Below, in pieces: positions 1-12,407 of a stretch of 64,000 nucleotides of DNA. Every line of letters starts with the position of its first letter. Within the stretch, counting starts at the first letter, position 1. The notes under the pieces are model-generated. The model searched no databases. It was given only the letters and a program-made list of their open reading frames with translations, and was not told the DNA's origin. The position numbers were made by a program, and so were the translations under genes. The stretch comes from Vitrella brassicaformis CCMP3155 (lineage: Eukaryota > Protista > Chromerida): NCBI GenBank assembly GCA_001179505.1, contig CDMY01000461.1, positions 8,066 through 72,065 of the forward strand. Direction: 5' to 3'.

Positions 1-685
1 GAGAGAGGGAGAGAGAGAGCTAGTCGGTCAGTCGGTCGGCGGGGGCACTCATGCCATTCATTCCACTCATTCCTTCGTATAAAGGCCGCACGCAACGCAT
101 CAAGATACGCAAAACAGACAGGCAGACAGGCAGGCAGGCTTCATTTCAAACAGACCAAAGAGAAACCAATCCAATCCAAGCCACACACGGAGAGAGTTAG
201 GCGAATTGCACTGCACCACACACCACACGTAGGCAAGCCACACTCATGAGCGAGCAGCCCAGCCCCCACCTGCACTCACGACGGTGTCACGTGACGAAGG
301 CACCGCGTGTGTGGGTGGGGGGCCTGCTTATGTGTAGGCCTTCCAGACTCCCCGCCCACAGCCCATGCATCACAAACAGGGCCACCAGCAGCGACACAAG
401 CCACGACAGAGAACGAAAGAAACATTGCACACGTCCAGCAACACCATAGCCGAGGGCGAGGTGCTTCCTCTCGCCACGCCAGCCACGACGCCGCCTGTCC
501 CTGTGCCGTGTTTCCGCCTTCTCCCTCAGGCCCGCCTCGCTTCTCTGATGATGCCCATTTCCATCGCAACGACAACATCCACAACACGCAAGCACCGCCT
601 CTCTCCTGACAGCCCCCCTCGTGTGTGTGGTGGTGGTGTGAGTGAGTGGGAGAGGGGATGGCTGTCGGGTGCCATCGAGTGGGGT

Positions 686-2849
686 TCATTTGCCCTTCTT
701 CTGGGCGGCCTTGGTGACCTTGCCGGAAGTGGCCTCCTTCTTGGACACCTCCTTGATGACACCCACGGCCACCGTCACGCGCATGTCGCGCACGGCGAAA
801 CGTCCCAGGGGCGGGTAGTCCTGATACAAACAGAGATTGATGGGATGGTCGGTGTATCTGGTCTGGTGGTGGTTTGGTTGGGGTGCTTACCGAGAAGGAC
901 TCGACGCACATGGGCTTCTGGGGGATGAGCTGCACCATGGCGGCGTCGCCCGACTTGACGGCCTTGGGCTCCTTCTCCAGCTCCTTGCCTGCACATAACC
1001 ACACGGAAACACACACGTGGTCATGTGACTGGCGCTGGTGCATGGTGTGTGAGGCGGCTAGCTGACTGACCCGATCGGCGGTCCATCTTGGCGCGGATCT
1101 CAGCGAACTTGCAGGCGATGTGGGCCGTGTGGCAGTCCAGCACGGGCGCATAGCCGTTCTTGATCTCACCGGGGTGGTTCAGAATGATGACCTGCACAAC
1201 ACACAACCCAATACACCGCACATCAGCAACACCCACACGCCCTCACAAGAATGGCCGACACGACACGTACCTGAGCGACGAAGTACTCGCAGCCCATGGC
1301 GGGGTCGTTCTTGGAGTCGGAGGCAACGTAGCCCCGCTTGAGCTCCTTGACCGACACGTTCTTGACGTTGAAGCCAACGTTGTCGCCGGGGGCAGCCTCG
1401 GGCAGAGACTCGTGGTGCATCTCAACCGACTTGACCTCAGTCGTCAGGTTCACAGGGGCGAACGTCACAACCTGATAGACACACACACACACACACAGAT
1501 GGATGGGTTTGTGCATGGAGAGGGAGGGAGGGAGGGAGGGGCAGTGATTACCATGCCGGGTTTGAGGACACCGGTTTCGACACGTCCGACGGGGACGGTG
1601 CCGATACCGCCGATCTTGTACACGTCCTGGAGCGGCAGCCGGAGGGGCTTGTCGGACGGACGCTTGGGCGCCTGCACCTGGTTCAACGCCTCAAGCAGAG
1701 TCGGACCTGACAAACCAAACCACCACAACACACCAACCAGACCAGACAAGGCAGGTGTATGTGTGTGTGCATGTGGCAGATCGTGTGTGTGTCGGTGTGT
1801 GTTGTATGGCTGACGGTTCGAGTCACTTACCCTTGTACCAGGACATGTTGGTGGAAGCCTCGATCATGTTGTCGCCGTTCCAGCCGGAGATGGGGACGAA
1901 GGGCACCTTGTCAGGGTTGTAGCCGACCTTCTTGAGGAAACCTGACACCTCCTTCTTGATCTCATCGTAACGGTCCTGCTTGTACCTGACCGACACGACA
2001 CAGACAACACACACGACACGAACACCATGTTGTGTCGCCTTGTCGTGTCTCTCTGTGTGTGGGAGGGGGGAGGGAGAGGGGGAGTGGGTGACGGTTGCGT
2101 GCGGTGCGTACCCGACAGATTTGTCGTCCATCTTGTTGACGCCGACGATCATCTGCTTGACGCCCAGCGTGAAAGCCAGCAGGGCGTGCTCACGGGTCTG
2201 ACCTGCAGGACATCACACACCAGACAGACAGAGGACATGTGTGTGGTGTGCATCAGCACACGGAGCCACAGATCTCTCATCTCATCCACACAACACAACA
2301 CACACGCTCCAGACGCCTGTGTCTGACACGTCTGGCTACACATGCACCTCTGGCTGCCCCAGATCTGCCTCCCTCCCCCCACACGCACGTAGATCTGCCT
2401 CCCCCGTCCCTTCCCCTCTCTCCCGTGTCCACCCTGTGTGTCCGCTGTCCGTCCGTACCTTCCTTGGCGATACCGGCCTCGAACTCTCCCTGTCCCGAAG
2501 CGACGATGAGGATGGCCACGTCAGCTTGTGACGTCCCCGTGATCATGTTCTTGATGAAGTCGCGATGGCCCGGTGCGTCGATGATGGTGAAGTAGAACTT
2601 GTCGCTCTCGAACTTCCACAGGGCGATGTCGATGGTGATGCCTCTCTCGCGCTCGGCCTTGAGCTTGTCGAGCACCCAGGCGTACTTGAACGACCCCTTG
2701 CCCATCTCAGCTGCCTCCTTCTCGAACTTCTCGATGGTTCGCTTGTCGATGCCGCCGCACTTGTAGATCAGGTGGCCGGTGGTGGTGGACTTGCCGGCAT
2801 CGACGTGACCGATCACCACCAGGTTGATGTGCTGCTTCTCCTTCCCCAT
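686..2849 (-). CDS. EEF1A: Translation elongation factor 1-alpha, 8 exons, 448 aa
   Basis: Starts [25 protein letters not shown], with DAPGHRDF and NKMD motifs, and ends KAAQKKGK*. Exons 2849-2459, 2202-2112, 1985-1831, 1706-1552, 1471-1271, 1191-1071, 988-891 and 820-686 are all GT-AG and sum to 1347 nt. Confidence 0.99.
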
Positions 2850-3030
2850 GGCGACAAGAGATCACTGACCACTGCTGACCCTCTGACACACACGCACAGT
2901 CTCACGCACAGATCCTCTGCCTCTAGACGTTTCGCTGCCGCTGCGAGCTGTCGACCGTGGGCCCGATTCGATCAGGGTTTGTGGGGTCAAATCTGATTGA
3001 CAGGAAGCAGCAAACCCTACTGCGACAAAG

Positions 3031-3791
3031 ATGAGCGATGTGAAGGCAGCTGTGCGGCAGATCCTGGGTGGCGAGGGCCTCTACAGCGCCGACAGCCTGC
3101 AGACGCTCGAGGAGTACCTAGATCAGCAATGGGCCAACGACACCTACGACGTCGAGGCCAACCTGACCATCCTGAAGCTCTACCTGATGTATCCCCAGCA
3201 CATGAAGAAGGACAGGGTGCGGCAGATCTTGGTCAAGGCGCTGGGCGCCACCTTCCCCCAGAACGACTTCCAGCTGTGCATGTACCAGCTACCGCCAAAC
3301 CGCTTCAGGGACATGCCCGAGGTGACTGAGCTGGTCAGGCTGGCCGCCAAGCTCGACACATGCGACTTCAAGGGCTTCTGGAGCGACCTTGACAAGTACC
3401 CCGATGTGGTGAGCTGCCCTGGGCTGCGGGCCAAGGTGAGGACGTTCATCTGTGGGGTGGTGGCCACGGCATACGCCGCTCTGTCGAGAGAAGGTCAGTG
3501 GGCAGACAGAGAAACTGCATACGCATTTATGTTCACTGTATCTGTTGTTCATTGGATGTGATGTGTGCAGCCCTGTCTGAGTATGTGGGTCTCCCCCCTG
3601 GATCAGCCGAGCTGTCGGCGCTCATCAAGCAGCACGGGTGGCGCGAGGAGGCCAACGGAGAGCTGCGGATCAGCGAGAGTGAAGATGACCGGGTCAAAGA
3701 CGTGCTGGTCAAGGGCGAGGGGGCAACCAAGGAGAGGATCTCACCCGACAAGCTGAGGACGGTGCTCAACAGTGTCGCATCTGTCAGATAG
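3031..3791 (+). CDS. EIF3K: Eukaryotic initiation factor 3 subunit K (PCI/CSN8-PSMD8-eIF3K family), 2 exons
   Basis: The segments LEEYLDQQ..YDVEANLTILKLYLMYP..ILVKAL and LDTCDFKGFW match eIF3k. The GT-AG intron 3494-3570 joins the two ORFs in frame. Confidence 0.88.
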
Positions 3792-4418
3792 ATAGACAGA
3801 CAGGCAGGCAGGGGTGCATTAACGGAAGGACGTGTGTATAGGGGGGCGGGGGGTGGCTGTGGCGTGGTGTGTGGTCATCTGCGAAGGTTTCGTTCCGCCC
3901 ACTGTCGTGACGATATGGCTCTGTAGGTCAACAGACGGGGGCCTGATCGCTCGCTTCTGTTCACCTGCATGGCCATGCACGCACGTCAGAGGGCGAGAGG
4001 GCCTCGTTACGCGACAGAGCGGAAGAGATGCAGAGCTGAGCGGGGGTGGCGTGGCTTGCTCTGAGTGTGGGAGCGTGATGAGATAGAAACGGGCCACCAG
4101 TGAGTGGCTGTCTGTGCACTTGCGCGGCCCGCCGTGATCAGCATCCCGATGGTGTCAGACAGTGGAGCCGCTGATCACACTGGGCAGCGCATAGCCACGG
4201 CAGTTTTCACTGATGGACCGATGAATGGACGTGACATTTACTTCTCGTCAGCGTTCGTTGTCCGTTCAAGGAGATGTGAACAAAGTCAATGTCACAGTGT
4301 CAATCCGACAGTCGACAATCAGTCACTCGTAAAAGAAAAAATGGAATTGCAGTCAGTCAGTCGGTGCATGTGCATTCCACCCCATCCACACGCGCACGCA
4401 ATACACAAGTCACTCACT

Positions 4419-6053
4419 CTATGCCCCTTCCTCCTGCTCTTCCTCAGCCACCGTCTCGTCCGCCTGGCCCTCCTCTCCCACACCATCACCTGCATCCCCA
4501 CCAGCACCACCGGCAGCTTCATCAGTGTCCACCACATCCGCAACATCCGCTGGCTGCTCTTCATGTTCATCGACAGCAGGTGCGGGGGCTTCACCCTCGC
4601 CCTCGTCTGGTCGTGGGCTGCCGAGTGTGGGGGTGGCCTCGGGGCGGGCGGGGGCCGACGCGGGGGCCGTGATGACCAAGCTTCCGCCCTCGACCGACAG
4701 CCGGTCGGCCAGCTGCCCGTAGCCGCCATTGACCTGACAGACAAGGAGACACGAGAGAGAGGCCGCTGTGTGTTGTGTGAGGGTTTTTGTTGGCTTGTTT
4801 GTTACTTCCAGGAGCTGTTTGTGCTGGGTTTCATCGATCTGCAGCTCCAGCGTCTCCTGCGTGTCGCCGTTGTAGGCTGTCACGTGCAGCCCCGGACCGT
4901 CAGTCGACATCTCTGCCCACACACCACACAGACCAGAGACACACGACACAAAAGTCCTGTCTGTCTCTACTCTTGTTCTCCCTGACCCACCCACCGATAA
5001 GCCAGTAGTCCTTGCCGATCTTGCGCCCCTCCTTGAGTACGAACTTCTGGCTCTTGGTCCCCCTCCCATCGCCCCCAGTAGACTTGGATCGGTACGAGAA
5101 GAGATCCTCAGGCCGCGTCACAGATGATGCGTGGCCTGAGGTGGCGGGGCGGGGCCGCCGTCCACTCTCCTTTGATGCCGCTGATCGGGGCGGCTTCTTG
5201 GAGGCCCTTTCCTCCTCGGTGCGGGCCGTCCTCCTTCTGCACGCAACAAGCGATGAACAAAAAAGGCACACAGAGAGAGGGGGAAAGAATGCACACAAAG
5301 AGGGATGGACGCATGAGAAGGAGAGCACAGGGAAGGATAGGATAAGCGGTAGATACATGAGGCATTCTCTGTTTGCTGATCCCTCCTTGACCCTCCCTGA
5401 CCCGTCGGTGGTTGCCCGAGGGCTCCTGTCTCCCCGCCTCGAGCAAGTCGACTCGCGGTAGGTCGACAGGTTGAAGTCATCCGGCCTTTCAAAGGCATGC
5501 AGCACGTCGGGGTTCTCGCACGCATTCTTGTAGTAGGCCAGTGAGTTCTTTGCGTGGACGTCCCACTCGATGGCCGAGATGACCGGCTGGCACTCCTGGA
5601 TGCGCCGGAGGATCTGGAGGTTCTCCTGCGTGATGCGCTGAGCCTGCTGCTTCCTGTAGGTACGGTGCAGAGACGACAGGCCCGTGAAGGGGCGTAGGCG
5701 GCTGTAGGTTGGGCGCTTCATGATGTCATACATCCGACGAAGCAGAATCCTGACAGACAGACAAGGGAGACAACGAACGGCCCAGACACAAAGTTGCATC
5801 CATCGATGACATCAGAGAGAGATGAGGGTTCAAGCTTGGCCGACCTGTTTTGCCTGTCGATTTCGACGTATCGTTCCTCGAGTGCCGCCTCCTTCTTTGC
5901 GTTCCACTGCATGTGCGGCTTGCCGAATGTCTTGGGAACTGCATTGTCGATGCTGGGCTTGACGGTGGCCTTGTTCCTCTCATGGATGCGCTGCCGGTGC
6001 TCCTCCCACTTCTTGTGACACACCTTGCTGCCCACTGGGATGGCGCGATACAT
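4419..6053 (-). CDS. CFAP97/KIAA1430 (Hemingway)-like cilia/flagella-associated protein with acidic C-terminus, multi-exon
   Basis: MYRAIPVGSKVCHKKW..KPSIDNAVPK..NAKK..EERYVEIDRQNRILLRRMYDIM and RKQQAQRITQENLQILRRI resemble the CFAP97 family by recalled motif. Exons are joined by GT-AG introns. Confidence 0.7.
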
Positions 6054-6252
6054 CCTCCCTCCCTCCCTCACGTAGATGGCTGGCCGACGAGACAACGAAA
6101 CGGATCTCGAGCCAATGCAGCTCAGCCGGCTCCAGAAAGTGCTTCTCTCGCAGTCTTGTAGTGCCGTCAGCAGCCGTGGTCACGTCTTACTGTTCGCAGC
6201 CCCCACACCTGCGAGCTCGCCCCACACGAAAGAGGAAGACGATTTGTTGCAG

Positions 6253-6834
6253 ATGAAGGCGCCAAGGGGCTTATTTGCGCTCATCTCGTCGATGGTGTAC
6301 GAGATCTCTCACGTCGATGCTCACTGGAGGTCTTCCGGCCTGCTGGAGCCCCCTTCGCCAAAACAGATGAGGCGTGTACGCTGCCCGGATGGTCCTGCCG
6401 GTGCTGTCTTCCTCTCCCTCTCTCACCCCCTGCCAGTATGGCCATATCGACGAGTCCATGTCGATGGGAAGATCCGGCCACGGCTGATGGAGAGGCGGCT
6501 TCTGCTGCGGATGGGCGAAATGGGAGAGGATTCGGAGCCGCTGATGAGGATAGGTCACGGCTATGACATCCACAGGCTGGCGCCCGGCCTGCAGCTGACT
6601 GTGGGAGGCGTCAAAATCGACTATGAGAAGGGCACTGAGGCGCACTCTGACGGCGATGTGATCTTCCACAGTTTGTGTGACGCTGTGTTTGGAGCGTTGG
6701 CGCTGCCGGACATCGGGCAGCAGTTTCCTGACACGGACCCCAAGTGGAAGGACGCCAGCTCAGACCTCTTCATGGAAGGTGAGATGGGTGGGTCTACGGC
6801 ACCGACATGCTCACACGGACCAGCACATAGTCAT

Positions 6835-6872
<38 letters not shown>

Positions 6873-7153
6873 CAGATGCATGGCGGCAGATGGAAGAGAG
6901 GGGCTATCGGCTGGGCAATGTCGATGTGACGTTGATCCTGGAGCGGCCCAAGGTGAAGGACCTCAAGGCGGGCATGAAGGACAACATCTGCCGGCTGATG
7001 CGGGTGCCCCCATCGCAGGTCAACATCAAGGCACGGACACACGAGAAGGTCGACTCTGTGGGGGAAAACAGGGCGATTGAGTGCCATGTGGTGGTGTTGC
7101 TGGAGAGAAAAATGGATGCCTTGCCGGAGAGATCACAGACAGGCGCTAGGTAG
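6253..7153 (+). CDS. ispF: 2-C-methyl-D-erythritol 2,4-cyclodiphosphate synthase (MEP pathway) with N-terminal signal plus transit-like leader, probably plastid-targeted
   Basis: Contains MRIGHGYDIHRL, HSDGDVIFHSLCDA, PDIGQQFPDTDPKWK and VNIKARTHEKVDSVGENRAI. Intron 6779-6875; probable in-frame intron 6374-6436 in the leader. The leader is hydrophobic then Arg-rich. Confidence 0.97.
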
Positions 7154-8062
7154 GGTTGGTGTTGCTAGTATTACCAGTGGTGCAGCGTTGATCAATGCGC
7201 GTGTGTGGTCTGGATGGGATGGGCATCGATCATCCAAGGCGAGGCGAGTGTGAGGACATAGATGATCAATATGGTTCTCCTCCATGCTTTTGTTTGTGTG
7301 AGTGGACTTGTGAGCAGAGCAAGCGTGTCACCGACGATTGAATGAAGTCAACGCAAATCGCAGTCTGTTCCCACCCAATCACCCCTCTGAAGTATGTGCA
7401 CCACCCACCCTATCACCCACACGTCAATGTTCGTGCATGTCTGCAGGATTCCGTGCACTCGACCAGTCAGGCGGCCGTCTGTTGCTGTCCTTGCCCCCAC
7501 CACGGCAACGGACAAGTGAGAGAGCCGATCCAGCCTCACAGTTCGGCGTCACCACAGCGGAAAGCAAGACGACGGCAGTCGCGGCAGCTCTTTCGTACCA
7601 GCAACGACCAAGGAGGTGGGTACATATTACACACATAGGTGGATGGATGCTGGCTCCTCCAGCGGCCATTCGATCGCCCCCGCTGCGTAGGAATCAGACG
7701 ACTCGCATCGATACAAGTCGCAGGACACCTAATCAGCGAGGAAGAGACAGCCGCTGCACAACCAATCAACTCTCGCCCATCCGAAAAGACACACGAGGCG
7801 TTCGTGCAGAGACAGAACCACGAGTGTGATTGGTTGACACATGAATGGGTGGTCATGTTGCATGCATTGATGGACGTCGTTCCCTCAACCCAACCAACAA
7901 GTCTCTCCCTCTTCTCTACAGGGAAGCCATACATGCACCTTTGCCGGGCAATTCGCTACCGACGTCGGAACCGGGCCATCTGCCACAATCGGCAGTGCGA
8001 TACATACTAGAAGTACCACCCGACCCGAATCCTGCAATTGGCGCTACTATCACACACGGCAG

Positions 8063-8403
8063 CTACACATCACCGGCAGCCGCCAAACCTGCACACAGAC
8101 ATAAGCACCGAGCACAGAACAGAGGCGGGGCGGGGAGGGCGTGTATGTATGTGTCTTCACGTGTGGCCATCCCTTGCCCTCGTGGCTCACTCGGTGCCTA
8201 CGTACGTTGTGTGCGCAGCAGTTTGATGCTCTTCCTGATGCTGGCGAGCTGGGCCTCCTTCTGCTGCATTTCCTGCCTCGTCGTCGGCTCCAACAACACG
8301 ATCATCACCGGATCATCATCATCACTCTCACAAGTTGGAGCAACCTTGCGCTTCTTCGAGGCTCCCGCGTTGCGCTCGCTGCTCAAGGCTCCCAAACGAC
8401 CTA

Positions 8404-8437
<34 letters not shown>

Positions 8438-9232
8438 GGCAGACAGACAGGCAGACACAAAGACGCACGTGACAACAATCATCCTGCTGCATGCCATGCA
8501 TTCAGGCAACCAACGTGAGAGCTCGACGACTTGGTGGTCGAGGTTGTCCATCACATTGTCCCACCACGACACGGGCAGCTCCAGCATCAGCTTCTGCACG
8601 GCCCCCGCCTCCCTCTCCGCCCCTCCCTTGATCTTGATCGTCATGTGCCTCACCGTAAAGCCCCTGACCATGGAACCTCACCGTTGGTGAGCCTCTCTCT
8701 GTGGGTCAATCAATGCCTGCATTCACCTGGCTTGCTGGTCCTCCACCAGAGCGGGCTTCTCGCGCAGCAGGAACGACAACACGCCGATGTTGGCCGCCGG
8801 GTCCGACCTGGTGAAGCTGTCCATGATCCGCTCCATCACCATCCGCGCGTGGTTCTGCATGTCGAGGTAGTTGCAGGCGGACCACAGGTGCAGCAGGCCC
8901 GTCTTGGCCGCCTCGTCGTCCGACTGGTCCGCTGCCGGCAGCGAGAGCGAGAGCGCTCCAGGGCGGCGCGAGAGGTTCTGAAGATACTGCTTGGTGGTGG
9001 CCTCGTCCTGCACGTCGTGCAGCGTGGCGAATGTGCTGATGTGGCGGAACGTGTTGGGGTGAATGTTGGGTAGCGCGATGGTGTGGGTCTCCCTCTCAGC
9101 ACAGGCCATATCGCCCTCCAACATGCGGTCGAAAAACGGCGACATATGGACGAGCAGCGACTTCTTCTCGTAGAAGACGTCCTTCTTGAGGCCGACGATG
9201 AGCTTCACGTAGCCGTCCTCCTTATGCGCCAT
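8063..9232 (-). CDS. BTB/POZ-domain protein, paralogue 1 (4 coding exons)
   Basis: VKLIVG..FYEKKSLLVHMSPFFDRMLEG..HTIALPNIHPNTF..LWSACNYL is BTB-like. Spliced to a C-terminus containing SKKRKV and ending RLAAAGDV*. Confidence 0.8.
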
Positions 9233-10033
9233 CCTGAGGCTCAGCAGCTACTCCGTCAGACGATACAGACCTGCAGGCAGGCACCAACCACAGCAGCAAC
9301 GACATCTATGGAACGACATCCATGCATCCATCCAACGTCATGCATTCGCTGCTCACCCTTGGCAAGATGTTGCCGTCGTGGTTCGATATCAGCAGCAGTG
9401 CTGTGGCCGCTGCTGCTAGCTGTATGGCTCGTCTTACAGCAGAGAGTCGGCACGGGAGCGATGGCAGGTGGCAAAACGTCGTCACAACAGAGGCTGGGCG
9501 GCTGATTCACCCATCACAGAGAACTCATCACGCGGCCAAGTAGCGTGGATCGCGCTCATTTGCGAGCTCAAAAGCTAGAGTGAGGGGAGCAAGTTGCAGG
9601 CCTAGAGCTCTCTCTGCGGAGCTCTCTGTGGGGTTGGTTCTGACCACTGCAGAAGCGACCTCTGCAGTCTGTCTGTTTTGTATCGCGTTGAGACAGCGGT
9701 CGAGTGACGGCATCCATCGGTGCCGCACGCGCACGGCGCTGAGTGTTGACTGACGTAAGCGCTGCATGCCATGCTGGCACGGCGTGCCATGCTGGCTGTG
9801 ACGCACTGCACATGTGCATCATGGATGACCCTACCGCGGTCATGGAATTGGCATGATTCTGTACTCTCTGTCTGTCTGGCGCTGTCTGTGTTTCTGTGCA
9901 GCAGGTCACTGTAGTTGTTGCTTCGCTTCGCTTCGCTTCGCTCGTTGGGCGTCGGTTGCTTCGGTGGTTGATTCCCTCGGCTGTCTTGTTTGTCGGTCAC
10001 TGAATTGCCTTCATCGGTCGTCGGTCGGTCAAC

Positions 10034-10678
10034 ATGCCCATGACATTGTCTCCCGGCCCTGGCACTCCTCCCAACAGGCCTGCGACGATGCGGGTGCCGG
10101 ACTTCACTCCCCCGTCACAGCAGCAGCAGCAGCAGCGCCGAGGTGGCTACGGCGACGTCACTCCCCCGCCAGAGCACCGAAGTGGCCACGGCGTCACGCG
10201 GCTGGACCAGGACAAGGTGCAAGGGCTCGTGGCCATGGGCTTCCCGAGGCTCAACGCCGAATTCGCGCTGCTGGCCCGCCGCAATGGTACGCACAACACC
10301 GCACAGGGCCGCACAGTGTGGGGGGGCCAGGCACGTGATGTGCACGTGCACTTGTGTGTCTGTGTCTGTGTTGGTGTGTGTGTTGGCTGTGCTGTGCTGT
10401 GCAGACATGGGGCGAGCGATTGACTTGCTGGTGAGTATGACGAGCAGCGGCAAGTGCACGCCCCGACCACCGCCGTCCGACCCGTTGTCCTCCAAGTCAC
10501 GCCCCGCCAGCAGCCGCCGCAGCAGTGTGTGGGAGGAGGTCGACCCGTTCCTTTTGTATGAGGGCCAGCCCGAGGAGGAGGTCAAGGCCCTCAGGCATGA
10601 GCTTCACCAGCGCAAATGCGCCTTCTCCCGCTACGTCAACACACTCCGCAAACAGCCACAGTAAGCCCCCCAGCACCA

Positions 10679-10712
<34 letters not shown>

Positions 10713-10828
10713 TCCATCCCTGCATCCTTAGGATGGCCGACGAGATGCGGATCAGCTCGGATTCGGGCGATAGAGTGCGGCTGGTAGACTTGGACAAGAA
10801 GGCCAGATGGGAGTTGGTCCGCGACGGG
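10034..10828 (+). repeat. Partial copy (about 800 bp) of the 5' end of the UBA-RecQ4-like gene, left of an N gap
   Basis: 10030-10828 repeats at 11129-11938 with about ten substitutions and microsatellite length differences. Separated by a 300-N gap (10829-11128). Confidence 0.9.
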
Positions 10829-11132
10829 NNNNNNNNNNNNNNNNNNNNNNNNNNNNNNNNNNNNNNNNNNNNNNNNNNNNNNNNNNNNNNNNNNNNNNNN
10901 NNNNNNNNNNNNNNNNNNNNNNNNNNNNNNNNNNNNNNNNNNNNNNNNNNNNNNNNNNNNNNNNNNNNNNNNNNNNNNNNNNNNNNNNNNNNNNNNNNNN
11001 NNNNNNNNNNNNNNNNNNNNNNNNNNNNNNNNNNNNNNNNNNNNNNNNNNNNNNNNNNNNNNNNNNNNNNNNNNNNNNNNNNNNNNNNNNNNNNNNNNNN
11101 NNNNNNNNNNNNNNNNNNNNNNNNNNNNCAAC

Positions 11133-11787
11133 ATGCCCATGACATTGTCTCCCGGCCCTGCCACTCCTCCCAACAGGCCTGCGACGATGCGGGTGCCGGA
11201 CTTCACTCCCCCGTCACAGCAGCAGCAGCAGCAGCGCCGAGGTGGCTACGGCGACGTCACTCCCCCGCCACAGCACCGAGGTGGCCACGGCGTCACGCGG
11301 CTGGACCAGGACAAGGTGCAAGGGCTCGTGGCCATGGGCTTCCCGAGGCTCAACGCCGAATTCGCGCTGCTGGCCCGCCGCAATGGTACGCACAACACCG
11401 CACAGGGCCGCACAGTGTGGGGGGGCCAGGCACGTGATGTGCACGTGCACTTGTGTGTCTGTGTCTGTGTTGGTGTGTGTGTTGGTGTGTGTGTTGGCTG
11501 TGCTGTGCTGTGCAGACATGGCGCGAGCGATTGACTTGTTGGTGAGTATGACGAGCAGCGGCAAGTGCACGCCCCGACCACCGCCGTCCGACCCGTTGTC
11601 CTCCAAGTCACGCCCCGCCAGCAGCCGCCGCAGCAGTGTGTGGGAGGAGGTCGACCCGTTCCTTTTGTATGAGGGCCAGCCCGAGGACGAGGTCAAGGCC
11701 CTCAGGCATGAGCTCCACCAGCGCAAATGCGCCTTCTCCCGCTACGTCAACACACTCCGCAAACAGCCACAGTAAGCCCCCCAGCAC

Positions 11788-11821
<34 letters not shown>

Positions 11822-12375
11822 TCCATCCCTGCATCCTTAGGATGGCCGACGAGATGCGGATCAGCTCGGATTCGGGTGACAGAGTGCGGCTGGTAGACTT
11901 GGACAAGAAGGCCAGATGGGAGTTGGTCCGCGACGGGAGGGTCGACTCGTTCATCGAGCGAGACATCCGGTCCCGCACACCGTACCAAGGCAAGTCTAGT
12001 GACGAGCTCTGGGACCGATGGTGTGACATCAAGTGGGGCGACCAAGTCTCGGTACGCTGATTTGAGCCGGAGGAGGCACACTGACTCACCGACTCATTGA
12101 CACACTGACACACGAGTGACATGAGTGCCACACACGCATACACACACACACACACACACAGATTCATTGTATTAATGATGCCTGTGTGTGATTGATGATG
12201 TGTGTGCCTGCAGGAGTCGGCTCAAGATGACACAAAGGCCAAGCAGGACGCCAATCTGCCGCCCAGCACCTTTCAGCACCCCGCCGACGCCAATCAAATC
12301 AAAGACGAACAAGGTAAGGCATGCACTGCATACTATGCAACCACAACGGACAGTCACACTACACCCAAGAAATAT

Positions 12376-12407
<32 letters not shown>

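Noticed and set aside
2958-2964. Plant site-II motif TGGGCC next to the telo-box
   Set aside because: It is a 6-mer expected by chance in GC-rich DNA, and its cognate TCP factors are known from the green plant lineage.
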